64,000 nt of DNA from Cetorhinus maximus (taxonomy: Eukaryota): assembly GCF_964194155.1 (NCBI RefSeq), contig NC_135883.1, positions 67,208,001-67,272,000 of the forward strand. Direction: 5' to 3'. Below the pieces are notes generated by a model, which was not told the DNA's origin, did no database searches, and saw only the letters and a list, made by a program, of their open reading frames with translations. Position numbers and translations under genes: made by a program. Positions 13,132 to 25,310 of the stretch are shown piece by piece (position 1 is the stretch's first letter; each line of letters opens with the position of its first letter).

Positions 13132-14060
13132 TCTTGCAATCATTTATTGCCCACCCCTAACTGCTCTTGAGTAGGTGGTGGTGAGCTGCCTTCTTGAGCC
13201 GCTGCAGTCCCTGTGGTGTAGGTACACCCACAATGCCATTAGGGAGGGAGTTCCAGGATTTTGACCCGGCGGCAGTGAAGCAACGGTGATATATTTCCAA
13301 GTCAGGATGGTGAGTGGCTTGGAAGGGAACTTCCAGGTGGTGATGTTCCCATGTATCTGCTGTCCTTGCCCTTCTAGATGGTAGTGGTCATGGGTTTGGA
13401 AGGTGCTGTCTAAGGAGCCTTGGTAAGTTCCTGCAGTGCATTTTGTAGATGGTACACACTGCTGCTACTGTTTGTTGGTGGTGGAGGGAATGAATGTTTG
13501 TGGATGGGGTGCCAATCAAGTGGGCTGCTTTGTCCTGGATGGTGTCAAGCTTCTTGAGTGTTGTGGGAGCTGCACTCATTCAGGCAAGTGGGGAGTATTC
13601 CACCAGACTCCTGACTTGTGCCTTGTAGGTGGTGGACAGGCTTTGGGGAGTCAGGAGATGAGTTACTCACCACAGGATTCCTAGCCTCTGACCTGCTGTT
13701 GTAGCTGCAGTATTTATATGGCTAGTTCAGTTCGGTTTCTGGTCAATGGCAAGCCCCCAGGATATTGATAGTGGGGGATTCAGCGTTGATAATGCCATTA
13801 AATGTCAGGGGGCGATGGTTAAATTCTCTCTTGTTGGAGATGATCATTGCCTAGCACTTGTGGACGCGAATGTTACTTGCCACTTGTCAACCCAAGCCTG
13901 GATATTGTCCAGGTCTTGCTGCATTTGGACATGGACTGCTTCAGTATCTGGGGAGTCGTGAATGGTGCTGAACATTGTGCAATCATCAGCGAACATCCCC
14001 ACTTCTGGCCTTATGATGGAAGGAAGGTCATTGATGAAGCAGCTGAAGATGGTTGGGCCT
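13132..14060 (-). mobile_element. 3' part of a second CR1/L2-group LINE family (RT C-terminus plus 3' UTR)
   Basis: GPTIFSCFINDLPS..GMFADDCT..AWVDKWQVTF; other copies at 38.5, 54.0 and 63.9 kb. Confidence 0.88.
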
Positions 14061-14407
14061 CGAACACACACATACTGCAGTGCCTTTTAATGCACAGAGC
14101 GTACCTCGAATCTCTGCTTTAACAGGCTGTGACATGAACATGCCTGACGATAATGGGAATTACATACAGGAGGGAACATCATTAAAACTAAGCATATAAT
14201 CCATGGGGTCTCAGCCTAAAACTGCAGAAAGATGCTCAGGAAATCAAATTCCAATTGAGGACACAGTAATGAGAATATTGCTGGAAGTTTCATACACAAC
14301 TCTGTGGCACTCAATATGAAAGAGCAGTGCTTGGATTTTTGCCTCTGGCTATTTGTCATTATGCCTGGACCTTCTCCAGTCTTAACATCCGTTGTGTTGG
14401 TGCCATT

Positions 14408-15676
14408 GGGCGGAATCGTCCAGTCCCATTGGGATCGGGCATCATGGCGGGCGTGAGCGGACAATATGGCGAGAAGGCCAAAAATTGGTTGTAAACCGTC
14501 ATGAAACCAGTTTGCAATTGTCCGCTCCGCCCATCAGTGGCGTGCTGTGTTTCCCACTGCTGCATGTCGGGAACCTAATTTCAATACTTTAGCATCTCAT
14601 TATAAGACCAGCTCATCGGAATCCCCTCTGACGCTGGATCATCCGGACACGTTGGTGCGATTGCGCACCAACGTGTTTCACAACTGTAAATAAGTGACGT
14701 GCACCTGGTGAGCTGCACTTCACTCAGGACTTCGAGGTTTGTTTCCCTACCTTGTTTTGGGCAGCGCTCGTGGTCATCAGCACCAGGCTTCACAGGCAGC
14801 ACCATATCACTTTTAGGGGGGGCTTATGGGCAGGTCTCTACCTACCAGACCAGCCATAAGGCAGGGTGGAGGGGCGGTGGCTTTTCAACGGCTGCAGGGC
14901 TAGGGGAAGGGGGAGAAGTGGCCTCAGACAAGGGAAGAGGCTGCAGGATGAGAGCTGCACTGGGGAAGGGAGTAGCCAGGGTGTGTGTGGGGGCACATGT
15001 TGATCTGTGCAAATGGCCTCGAGACGATGAGATCTGAGGAGGTAGTCTCCAGAGGAGATGAGGCCAGATGGACATGTGAGGGTGTGTGAGAACGAGTGGT
15101 GATGTCCCTTGAGCTGGCAGTGAGTGAGATGCTAGTGAATGTGAGAGTTTAGAGTGATGAGATGGCCTCCTTACCCTGGCGGCACAGATGAGATCATTCA
15201 TCCTCTTTCTGCATTGGATGGCCAACCTCTTCTGTGCAGCATTGGCACTGATCACCACTGCCATATACTACCAAGCCGAAGTGGTGAGATTGCCGCCCCT
15301 CCTGCGACCAGAGTGGGGGGGGTGGGGTGGGGGGAGGGGTGTAAGGACATCATGGTGGATCTCCAAAAGGCATTCCATTGACGGGTCACTGAATCTTCTT
15401 GACCTTTAGGCCATGTCTTCACTAGAGCAGTCCTGTGCAAGCATTGAGAACTGTGTGCGCAGGTGCAGTTTAGATATGGCACCCGGAGTGAGGTAACGGT
15501 GTGGCGGACGACTCAGAGGCTGCCTGCCAGCGAGACAGCATGTTTCCTGTGGCTGCATAATTAATCAGGTGGGAAGCAGATGACACGGCACGAAAACCTG
15601 CCATTGCGGCCGGCAAGTACAATGTCATTTTTCACACCCACTACCGCACTTAGTGAATTCTGGGATGATTCTGCCC
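14408..15676 (-). mobile_element. Non-autonomous Harbinger (1269 bp) retaining a Myb/SANT exon remnant
   Basis: TIRs GGGCGGAATCGTCC / GGATGATTCTGCCC; TSD ATT; translation IQCRKRMNDLICAAR followed by a GTAAG donor, homologous to 48.5 kb. Confidence 0.85.
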
Positions 15677-15899
15677 ATTGTCTTTATGGCCAAAACCAGG
15701 CTATAGCAAAGATCAAATTCTGGCTGTGGTTCCCTTCCCATTGCTATTGGACACCTGGGTGCCCGCCTGTCCTGGACCAAAAGCTCCTGAAGCAAAGTCA
15801 ATGTGCCCATGGTAATGACGCCGTTTTAAGAGCCAGTGGACAGAGTGTCAACAATAAACTTCAGGAACACCTGGCGTGGTATAAATGGAGGCATGGAGA

Positions 15900-16375
15900 A
15901 GTGATTAATACCTTTATAAATGGTCCAAATCTAGGACACCCAAGTGGAGTGTATATGACACAAAGCTAATGAATATGATAAACTGCAATTCTGGACAGGG
16001 TAAGCCACAGGGAGATTTGAATAAACTGAACAATTGAGGTAGCTATCAAATTTAATGTGGGGAAATGCAAAGTGCGTCACCTGGGGGATATAAAATTCCA
16101 TGAATGGCCCATTACTTAAATGGAAAGACATAATGTGCACGGAAGATTAAATATATCTAGGGATCCTAATTGAGAATAAATTGAAGTTATCACAACAATC
16201 TTTGGTGACAGTCAATAAAGCAAATCAACTCTTTGGATATATTAAAATCTCATTATTGAAGCAGCATTTTATCAATCATTGGTTTGAACATACATAGAAC
16301 ATTGTGTACAGTTCTGGTTGCCAGAGTACAAAACAGATGTTGCAATCACTGAGAGGATAGAAATGAGAGCCAACA
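15900..16375 (+). mobile_element. Old CR1 RT C-terminal remnant
   Basis: Degenerate FNVGKCKV.HLG and EHCVQFWLP.YK.DV motifs. Confidence 0.6.
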
Positions 16376-17074
16376 ACAAACACTTATATTTATATGACGC
16401 CTTTGTGGTATCAGAAGTCCCAAGGTACTTCACAGGAGCATTATAAAGCAAAATTAGACACTGAGTCAAATAAGGAAATATTAGGGCAGATGGCTGAAAA
16501 AAAACTGGGTTTTAAGGAGTGTCTTAAAGGAGGAGAGAAAGGTAGGGAGGCAGAGGGGTTTAAGGAGAGAATTCCACAGCAGCACCAATGGTGCAGCGAT
16601 TAAAATCAGAGATACTCAAGAGGCCAAAATTAGCTGAGCATATATAACTTGGAGCATTGTGGGGTTGGAGGTAATTGCAAAGATAGAGAATGGTAGGGAG
16701 GGATTTGAAAACAAAGATGAGAATTTTAAAATTGAGGCGTTGCTGGGCTGGAAGTTAATGGAGGTGAGCGAGTACAAGGGTGATGGGTGAGTAGGACTTT
16801 GGTATAACTAAAGACACAGGCAGCAGCAATTTTGGATGTTCTCAAACTTATGGAGGGTAGAATGAGGGAGGCCAGCCAGGATCCTGTTTGATTGGTCAAA
16901 TCTTGAGCTAAGAAATGCATGGGGCTTTCAGCAGCAGATGAGCTGAGACAGGGTTGAAGTCGAGCAATTTACAGAGGTAGTTTTTGTGATCACATAGATT
17001 TGTGATCTAAGCTCAACTTTGGATCAAATATGACAGCAAGGTTATGAACAGTCTGGAATAGTCTCAGCTGGGAG

Positions 17075-17430
17075 AGGCTGCGGCATGGTGGTATTTTCAC
17101 TGGACTGGTATTCCAAGCTAATGCTCTGGGCACTGGGGGGTTCAAATCCCATCACAGCAGATGATGAATTCAATTCAATAAAAATCTGCAATTAAAAGTC
17201 TAATGATGACCATGAAACCATTGCTGATTGTTGTAAAAACCCACCTGGTTTACTAATGTCCCTTAGGGAAGGAAATCTGTTGTCCTTACCTGGTCTAGCT
17301 TGTATGTGACTCCCAACCCACAGCAATGTGGTTGACTCTTAAATGCCCTCTGAACAAGGGAATTTAGGGATGGGCAATAAATGCTGGTCTAGCAATGATG
17401 CCCACATCCCATGAATGAATAAAAAAAAAA
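17075..17430 (+). mobile_element. tRNA-headed SINE with LINE-derived 3' tail
   Basis: B-box GGTTCAAATCC; tail GGGATGGGCAATAAATGCTGG..CCCACATCCCATGAATGAATAAAAAA equals the 3' end of the 13/38/54/64-kb LINE family. Confidence 0.8.
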
Positions 17431-18031
17431 GCTCCCCAGGATGGAAATGGAGTATGGAGCCAGGACCATAAACAATGGCTTCAGTCTTCCCAATATTTAA
17501 TTTGACGAAATTTCTGCTCATCCAATCCTGGATGTTGGATAAGCAGCCTGATAATTTAGCAACAGTGGAGGAGCCGAGAGGTGGTGGTGGTGAGGGGTAA
17601 AACTGAGTGTTGTCAGTGTACATGTGAAAATTAACACCGTGCTTTCAGATGATGTCGCAAGGGAGCAGCATGTAATGAGAAATAGAGCTTGGGGGGACAT
17701 CAGGGATAACAGTGCAGAAGTGGGAAAAGAAACCTTTTCAGGAGATGTCTTGACTACAATTAGTTAATAGAATGAGGCAAGTATGGTCCCACCCAACTCG
17801 TGACAGTAGGGAGGCGTTGGAGGAGGATGGTGCGGTCAATTGTGACAAAGGCTGCAGACAGGCCAAGAAGAACAAAGAGGGAAGGTTTACCTTCATCATA
17901 GGATGTCATTTGTGATTTTAATGAGAGCTATTTCAGTACTGTGAAAGGCAGAAATCTGATTGGAGGGTTTCAGACATGGAATTCCAGGAAAGATGGGCAT
18001 GGGTTTGGAAGATGACAACACATTCAAGGAC

Positions 18032-18166
18032 CAAAACAAAAGAGTGCGGATGCTAAAAATCAGAAATAAAAAACAGAAAATGCTGGAAATGCTCAGCAGG
18101 TCTGGCAGCATCTGTATCACAGACCTGAAAGGCTAACTCTGCTTCTCTCTCTCCACAGATACTGCC
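18032..18166. mobile_element. Penelope-like terminal fragment with internal inversion and target duplication
   Basis: TGGCAGCATCTGT..ACAGATACTGCCA inverted pair; flanking direct repeat ACACATTCAAG (18018-18028, 18167-18177). Confidence 0.62.
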
Positions 18167-18932
18167 ACACATTCAAGTACTTTAGTGAGGAAAGGGAGGT
18201 TAGAGATGGGAGAGAATCCAGGGAAAGATACAAATTCAAGGCTAGGGAGTGAGAGGCTTTAGAGGAAGTTTGCCCAGTGAGTTAGGTAGGAAGGGAGAGA
18301 AGCAGCAGAGGCAGCTGATCAAATGGTCTCAATCTTAGTGACCAAGTCCACAAGCTCCTCACACTTATTGGTGAAGGTGAGAGTGGAGAAAACAAGTGAG
18401 ATGGGTTTATAAAGATGGTTTGCAGTAGAGAAAAGAAGGCGAGAATTCTCTTGGCATTCCAGGATGATCCTGGAAAAGTGAACAGTTTTAGCAGATGAGG
18501 GTAGGACTCAATAGTGATTTTGTGGTCCAGCAAGATCTGGCAGTGAATGGCTATACCAATTGCCCACCGCATCTGTTCAATGTCAGAGGAGATAAAGGAA
18601 TTGGATTAGGACATGTGATGATGTAAACTGGGCATGGTCTCACTGGAAAAGAAGTTAGGAGGTGATACGATTTCTGGTTTTTTGTGGATTCTCAATGGTT
18701 GCATGATGTGGACCATGGCAAGTTGTTTCATCTTACCTAGAACAGTAGAACCAGAGGACACAGCCTGAGCTTGAAGGGGGCGGGGTAATTAGGAAAAAAT
18801 ATTTGTGGTCAATCTGTGGCACATGTTCCCCAGGGAACAATGAAAGCAGCATCGATTCTCCAAAAACAAATTAGACAGATTTCTTTCAGAAAATAAGATT
18901 TTGAGACACAGTTTGTGAGTCATTGAGAGATG

Positions 18933-20743
18933 GGGCTGATTTTTTAGCTCGATGGGCGGGCACGCGCCTGACCAGACTGAGCTTAAAATGACGTGCGATA
19001 TTTCGGTCGGCAGGCATACGCCAGAATTGGTAGCATGCCCGCCGACAATTAAAAGGCCTTTTAAGGCAATTAAAGAGGTAATCACAGAATCACAGAGTGC
19101 AGAAGAGGCCCTTCGGCCCATCGAGTATGCACCGACACGTGAGAAACACCTGACCTACCTACCTAATCCCATTTACCAGCACTTGGCCCATAGCCTTCAA
19201 TGTTATGACGTGTCAAGTGCTCATCCACAGGATGTGAGGCCACTCGCCTCCACCACCCTCCCAGGCAGTGCATTCCAGACCGTCACCACCCTCTGGGTAA
19301 AAAGGTTTTTCCTCACATCCCCCCATAACCTCCTGCCCTTCACCTTGAACTTATATCCCCTCGTGACTGACCCTTCAACTAAGGGGAACAGCTGCTCCCC
19401 ATCCACCCTGTCCATGCCCCTCATAATCTTATATACCTCGATCAGGTCGCCCATCAGTCTCCTCTGCTCCAATGAAAACAACCCAAGTTTATCGAACCTC
19501 TCTTCATAACTTAAATGTTTCATCCCAGGCAACAACCTGATGAATCTCCTCTGCACCCCCTCCAGTGCAATCACATCCTCCCTATAATGTGGCAACCAGA
19601 ACTGCACACAGTACTCCAGCTGTGGCCTCACCAAGCTTCTATACAACTCCAACATGATCTCCCTACTTTTGTAATCTATGCCTCGATTGATAAAGGCAAG
19701 TGTCCCATATGCCTTTTTCACCACCCCACTAACATGCCCCTCTGCCTTCAGAGATCTATGGACACACACGCCAAAGTCCCTTTGTTCCTCAGGACTTCCT
19801 AGTGCCATGCCGTTCATTGAATACTTCCTTGTCAAATTACTCCTTCCAAAGTGTATTACCTCACACTTTTCAGGGTTAAATTCCATCTGCCACTTATCTA
19901 CCCATTTGACCATCCCATCTATATCTTCCTGTAGCCCAAGACACTCAACCTCACTGTTAGCCACCCGGCCAATCTTTGTGTCATCCGCAAATGTACTAAT
20001 CCTAACCCCCACAATGTCATCTATGCCGTTTATATAAATGACAAATAATAGGGGACCCAGCACAGATCCCTGTGGTACGCCACTGGACACTGGCTTCTAG
20101 TCACTAAAGCAGCCTTCTGTCATCACCCTCTGTCTCCTACAACTAAGCCAATTTTGAATCCACCTTATCAAATTACCCTGTATCCCATGTGTATTTGCCT
20201 TCTTTATAAGTCTCCCATGTGGGACCTTGTCAAAGGATTTGCTGAAATCTATATAAACAACATCAACTGCAGTAAAAAGAAAATTTTCATTGCCCGTCCA
20301 GCCTTGCAGTTGCCGGGCAGGCGAAAAGGCCTTGGAAGCCTTATCACGGGCAGGATGAGAGTTCCAACGTCAAATAAAAATAAAATTTAACTTTTTAAAT
20401 TTAATTAATAACATGTCCCTGCTTATGTGACAGAGTCACATGAGGGGCCATGTTTTATAACATTTTTAAGATCTTTATTTTTTATTTCGAAAGCTGTTCA
20501 TCTCCCTGAGGCAGCTCTGTGCCTTAGGGAGATTTTCAAGCGCGCATGCACGAAGTTCGCGCTCGCCCTCCTCTCCCCCTCCTACCCACACAGGCGGCGC
20601 TGAGCTCTGCCGCTCGCGTTTCACACTGGGCAGGCCTTAATTGGCCCAGCAGCGTGAAATCACAGTGCGGCCCCGAACACGGGTGGTGGTCAGTTTCCCG
20701 ACGGCCCCCATCGAGCCCACCTGACAAGGGCAAAATTCTGCCC
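18933..20743. mobile_element. Harbinger-type MITE (about 620 bp net) split by a young CR1
   Basis: TIRs GGGCTGATTTT / AAAATTCTGCCC; TSD ATG; internal similarity to 6014-6662. Confidence 0.85.
19083..20268 (-). mobile_element. Young 5'-truncated CR1 (RT C-terminal half; ORF 19221-20090)
   Basis: SSGVPQGSVLGPLLF..FADDTK..; near-identical to 43.73-44.92 kb; 3' end CTGTGATTCTGTGAT. Confidence 0.95.
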
Positions 20744-21309
20744 ATGATGTATAGTGAGTGTAGCATACTTAGGCTGAACAAACATGACTTTGGACCCCTA
20801 GTTCCCAAAGCTTCGCATCATTGGCGTTTTCCTCACCTCATATCTGGGTCTGTTGTAGACTCATTGCTAGAGATTAATTGTGATTAGTATTGGGTATTAG
20901 TGTTGTATCGAGTGAACACTAGGGTGGTACAAAGTTTCTGCCTAATAATTTTCATGTTCCTAAAGTAAATCTCAAAATTTTGTTTCGGGGAGCATGAGGA
21001 ACAGGAATAATTAATTAATTAATTAATTTAGTACTAGTAAATTTCTACTATTCACTGAATATAAGCTCAGTGAGACCGTAATTGTGTAGAATCAGAGGAA
21101 TAGTTTGGTATTTGGGAGTTCTGTGAAATGATAGGCAGAAGGTTCTGTGGCTAAGTGTCCCTTTTAAATTAAAGGTATGTAATGTATTCAGGAATAGAAC
21201 AATGTGGTAAGTCACTAAAATTTGATCTTCGTAAACTATGCTCTCCCTGGCAGCTGATCCAAAAGCTGTAATGATTTTGTTTTCAAACACTGTTGGCAGC
21301 AGGCGATGA

Positions 21310-22612
21310 AACTTAGACCTGGACTTTCGTTCCTGAGGTGCGTAGTGGGAGTAGGGAAATTTCCCGGCTCAGCACACCTGCACTGAAAAGAAGTGCCCCG
21401 AATAATGGGATCTTCATTCCGGGGGTGAAGGGAGGTTGGAATGGGATGGAGTGAGACCTGTCATCCCCACATGCAGATCAGAGGCAGCCACAGGGGCTGC
21501 CGAGTGTTTAAAAGGCCTGCCTCAGTTCTCCAGGACTTCATCCCAGTTGTTTTCTTAAACATTGGTCCCTCCAGCCCTCACCCCTCATATCCCCTCACCC
21601 CCACTCATTCTCCATGCCCAAATATGCAAACTCATGCCAACCTCAGCCTCCTACCTACTCCCATGGCCCTTATTGCTCTTATGCCAACTTAATGCCAACT
21701 CATGAACCCCCCCCATTCCCATGCCCCTTTATAGCCCCTATGCCAACTTAGTACTAAGTCATGCCAACCCATGGCCACCATTCACCACCCTTTGCCCTTA
21801 CACACTCCATGCCAACTGACCTGGTATCCACCATTGGCAGACCACAGGAGCCAAGCTGAGACAAGATAAAATAAAGTTCTCAATAACTCTTACAAAATTA
21901 ACTATTTAAAAAAGACTCCCTTTCATTAAAACCCATTCAATACATTTAAATCCTCTTAAGTACTTAATCCCTTATAAAACCAAACATTTGTATTCATAAC
22001 CCCACCTCAAAGACAGAAGAATAACCTCAATCAAACTGTGAACTTGCAACCCCCCATTGTGATAACAATAGGTTGTGGACAGTAGACAAGCATTAATAAT
22101 AATATAATGATAGCACTTAGGGTTATGTCAACAAACAGCTATTGAAATTGCTAGAAGAGATTTTTATCAACTCTCAGACACAGGCAGACAATTTTTTTTC
22201 AATTTTTAAAGGGCTGTCCTTTAAATTATTTGACAGCTCGAATTATTTTAACTCTCAGACACAGGCAGACTGGTTTTTTTTCCAATTTTTAAAGGGCCAT
22301 CCGTTTAAATAACTGGACATTTTGACCGTTTTACAGACATTATTCACCCTTCAAGAGCATTTATAGCCTCTCTAAAGATTCATAACTCCCACATGGCAGT
22401 TTAAGGCTCTTGCTGCAATGAAAATGGGATGTGTTTGAACTCAGCACTGAGTTCAAATGACCCTGCTGAGTTCAGAATTCCCACATGTGGGACTCACATT
22501 CCATTACCCCATCCCCACATAGCCAATCCCCCCAGCGAAAATAGGATCTGTCAGAAATGGAGGTGGAACTTCTGGACCTGGAAAGTCTCCATGACTCCAC
22601 AAAATTCTATGC
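21310..22612. mobile_element. Unclassified interspersed repeat, probably a non-autonomous DNA element, with C-rich interior
   Basis: Same layout (GC-rich ends, C-rich tract, AT-rich tract) as 53.16-55.09 kb; contains an 81-bp-period duplication at 22169-22320; TIRs not resolved. Confidence 0.35.
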
Positions 22613-23024
22613 TTTGGTGTTTATAATTGTGATGAATCTTTGGGAGGAAAGTATTAAATGGAACAGTAATTGTAGAATGGGGGAACTCAAACACCCCTGC
22701 TGGTTCCTACAGGGACTCTGTCGGTCTCTGCAGACTCCAAACATCTCACCCCAAGTCTGGTTTTAATGATTGAGTAGACAAAGAGAGTCAATGGCCACAG
22801 GGAGAGTGTTTAGAGCCTCACAAACAAATCCAGCTCGGGCCTCACTCAACTTCACACAAATTTCTTAGTAGAAGTGTAAGACAGTGATCAGGATTGGAAA
22901 CTCCAACTAATCAATTCCTCCCTATTCCAATCGCACTCCATTGACTAAGGTTCAACTGGGAATTAACTGAGCAATATCCTGCTCTTTAGTGTCAAACAAA
23001 ATGATGCACTCACCCAGTTACTGG

Positions 23025-24502
23025 GGGGTTACTCTGCAGTTACCCACTGAGCCACCAGGGGCAGTCTCTACACTTACCTACCCAGCCACTGGGGGGACAA
23101 TTCTGCACTTATCCACCCAGCTACTGAGGGCACTACTTTGCACTTATCCATTCAGCCACTGGGGGCGGTCTCTACATTTACCTACCCAGCCACTGGGAAC
23201 TCTGCATTACACTTACCCACCCAGTAACTGAGAACACTGCATTACACTTACCACCAAGTCACTGGGAACACTGATCTAATACTTACCCACCCAGTCACTG
23301 GGAACACTGCAACACATTTACCCACCCAGTCACTGGGAACATTGCACTGCACTTACCCACCCAGTCACTGGGAACACTGCATTGCACTTACCCACCCAGT
23401 CACTGGGAATACTGCATCACACTTACCCACGCAATCACTGGGAACACTGAATTACACTTACCCACCCAGTCACTGGGAACACTGAATTACACTTACTCAC
23501 CCAGTCACTGGGAACACTGAATTACACTTACTCACCCAGTCACTGGGAACACTGCAACACACTTACCCACACAGTTACTGGGAACACTGCATCACACTTA
23601 CTCACCCAGTCACTGGAAACACTGCATCACACTTATTCACCCAGTCACTGGGAACACTGCAACACACTTACCCACCCAGTTACTGGGAACACTGCATCAC
23701 ACTTACTCACCCAGTCCCTGGAAACACTGCATCACACTTATTCACCCAGTCACTGGGAACACTGCACTGCACTTACCCACCCAGTCACTGGGAACACTGC
23801 ACTGCACTTACCCACCCAGTCACTGGGAACACTGCACTGCACTTACCCACCCAGTCACTGGGAACACTGCACTGCACTTACCCGCCCAGTCACTGGGAAC
23901 ACTGCAACACACTTACTCACCCTATCACTGGGAACATTGCACTGCACTTTCCCACCCAGTCACTGGAAACACTGAATTACACTCACCCATCAGTCACTAG
24001 GAACACTGAATTACACTTACCCACCCAGTCATGGGGAACACTACACTTACCGACCAGTCGCTGGGAACACTGCACTTACCCATCCAGTCACTGGGGACAC
24101 TGCATCACACTTACTCACCCAGTCACTGGGAACACTGCACTGCACTTACCCACCCAGTCACTGGGGACACTGAATTACACTTACCCACCCAGTCACTGGG
24201 AACACTGCACTGCACTTACCCACCTAGTCACTGGGAACACTGAATTACACTTACTCACCCAGTCACTGGGAACACTGCACTGCACTTACCCACCTAGTCA
24301 CTGGGAACACTGAATTACACTTACTCACCCAGTCACTGGGAACACTGCACTGCACTTACCCACCTAGTCACTGGGAACACTGAATTACACTTACTCACCC
24401 AGTCACTGGGAACACTGCACTGCACTTACCCACCCAGTCACTGGGAACACTGCACTGCACTTACCCACCCAGTCACTGGGGACACTGAATTACATTTACC
24501 CA
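23025..24502. repeat. Minisatellite, 35-bp unit ACTTACCCACCCAGTCACTGGGAACACTGCACTGC, about 40 copies
   Basis: 35-bp periodicity; internal palindrome CCCAGT-C-ACTGGG. Confidence 0.95.
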
Positions 24503-24689
24503 AAGTGGGAGGCAGGGTGGCAGGTGAAATGTGAAGAGCTGAGGTTGGTTGGGGGAGAGTGGGATTGTGTGAAGCCAGGGGGTGAGGAGGTGAAGCCAGG
24601 TTGGTGAGAGGAAGAGGGTGTGCAGTGTGAGGGGATGAGGCTGGTACTTTTCAATTTTTTCCTTTGGAGGAAGTTGTAAATATGTAGAT

Positions 24690-25310
24690 GTAGCATGTTG
24701 TGGCATCAAACAAGTAGCCATGAGTGGTGGACATTAAAGTAACAGATTACAGATACTGAGTTGTGGTCTATGGATGTTGCCAAGGAACAGAATATAAATG
24801 ATGAAAGTAAACAGAGAAGATAATGGTGGTAATAGTGGTGGTGAGGCTGAGGGGGATTGGATGTGTAACCAGGTGATTGTGACTCATTCAAGGACAATAG
24901 AGAGAGAAAATCTGGGTTTGAATGGGTAAGAGGTCAGAGGGCTTTATAATGAGTTTTTTTGAGGAGGGTGATGATGGCATTAGTTTTGAGGGGGATGGCG
25001 AACAGATCTGGTGAAAAAAAAAGGAAGATCTTGCATTTATCTAGCACCTTTCACAACCTCAGGACATCCCAAAGCACTTTACAGTCAATGAAATATTTCT
25101 GAAGTATAATTATGGTTGTAATGTAGGGACACCGTCCTGAGGCCAATATTTATCCCTCAACCAGCACCACCAAAACAGAAAGGTGGTATCAATGAACAAC
25201 GGGTCAAGCCAAGGAAGTCATCTGGTCAGGGATTGTGTTTGAAGGACAAGGGCAGCAGGGCGGCTAAGAGATGGAGATGAGGCTGAGATAGCATTTCCAT
25301 GATGACAGTA
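24690..25310 (-). mobile_element. Degenerate L2-like remnant with embedded SINE tail fragment (about 25025-25175)
   Basis: TTGCATTTATCTAGCACCTTTCACAACCTCAGGACATCCCAAAGCACTTTACAG matches 57.65-57.72 kb in reverse complement. Confidence 0.45.

Larger units (their letters stand above)
16378..18620 (-). mobile_element. Old L2-type LINE remnant interrupted by a SINE and a Penelope fragment
   Basis: MYTDNTQFY..CLSNIQDWMSRNFVKLNIGKTEAI and FHSTEIALIKITNDIL are typical L2 RT motifs. Confidence 0.78.

Noticed and set aside
23025-24502. CRISPR-like array (35-bp palindromic repeats)
   Set aside because: Units are head-to-tail with no unique spacers, no cas genes, and the context is vertebrate.
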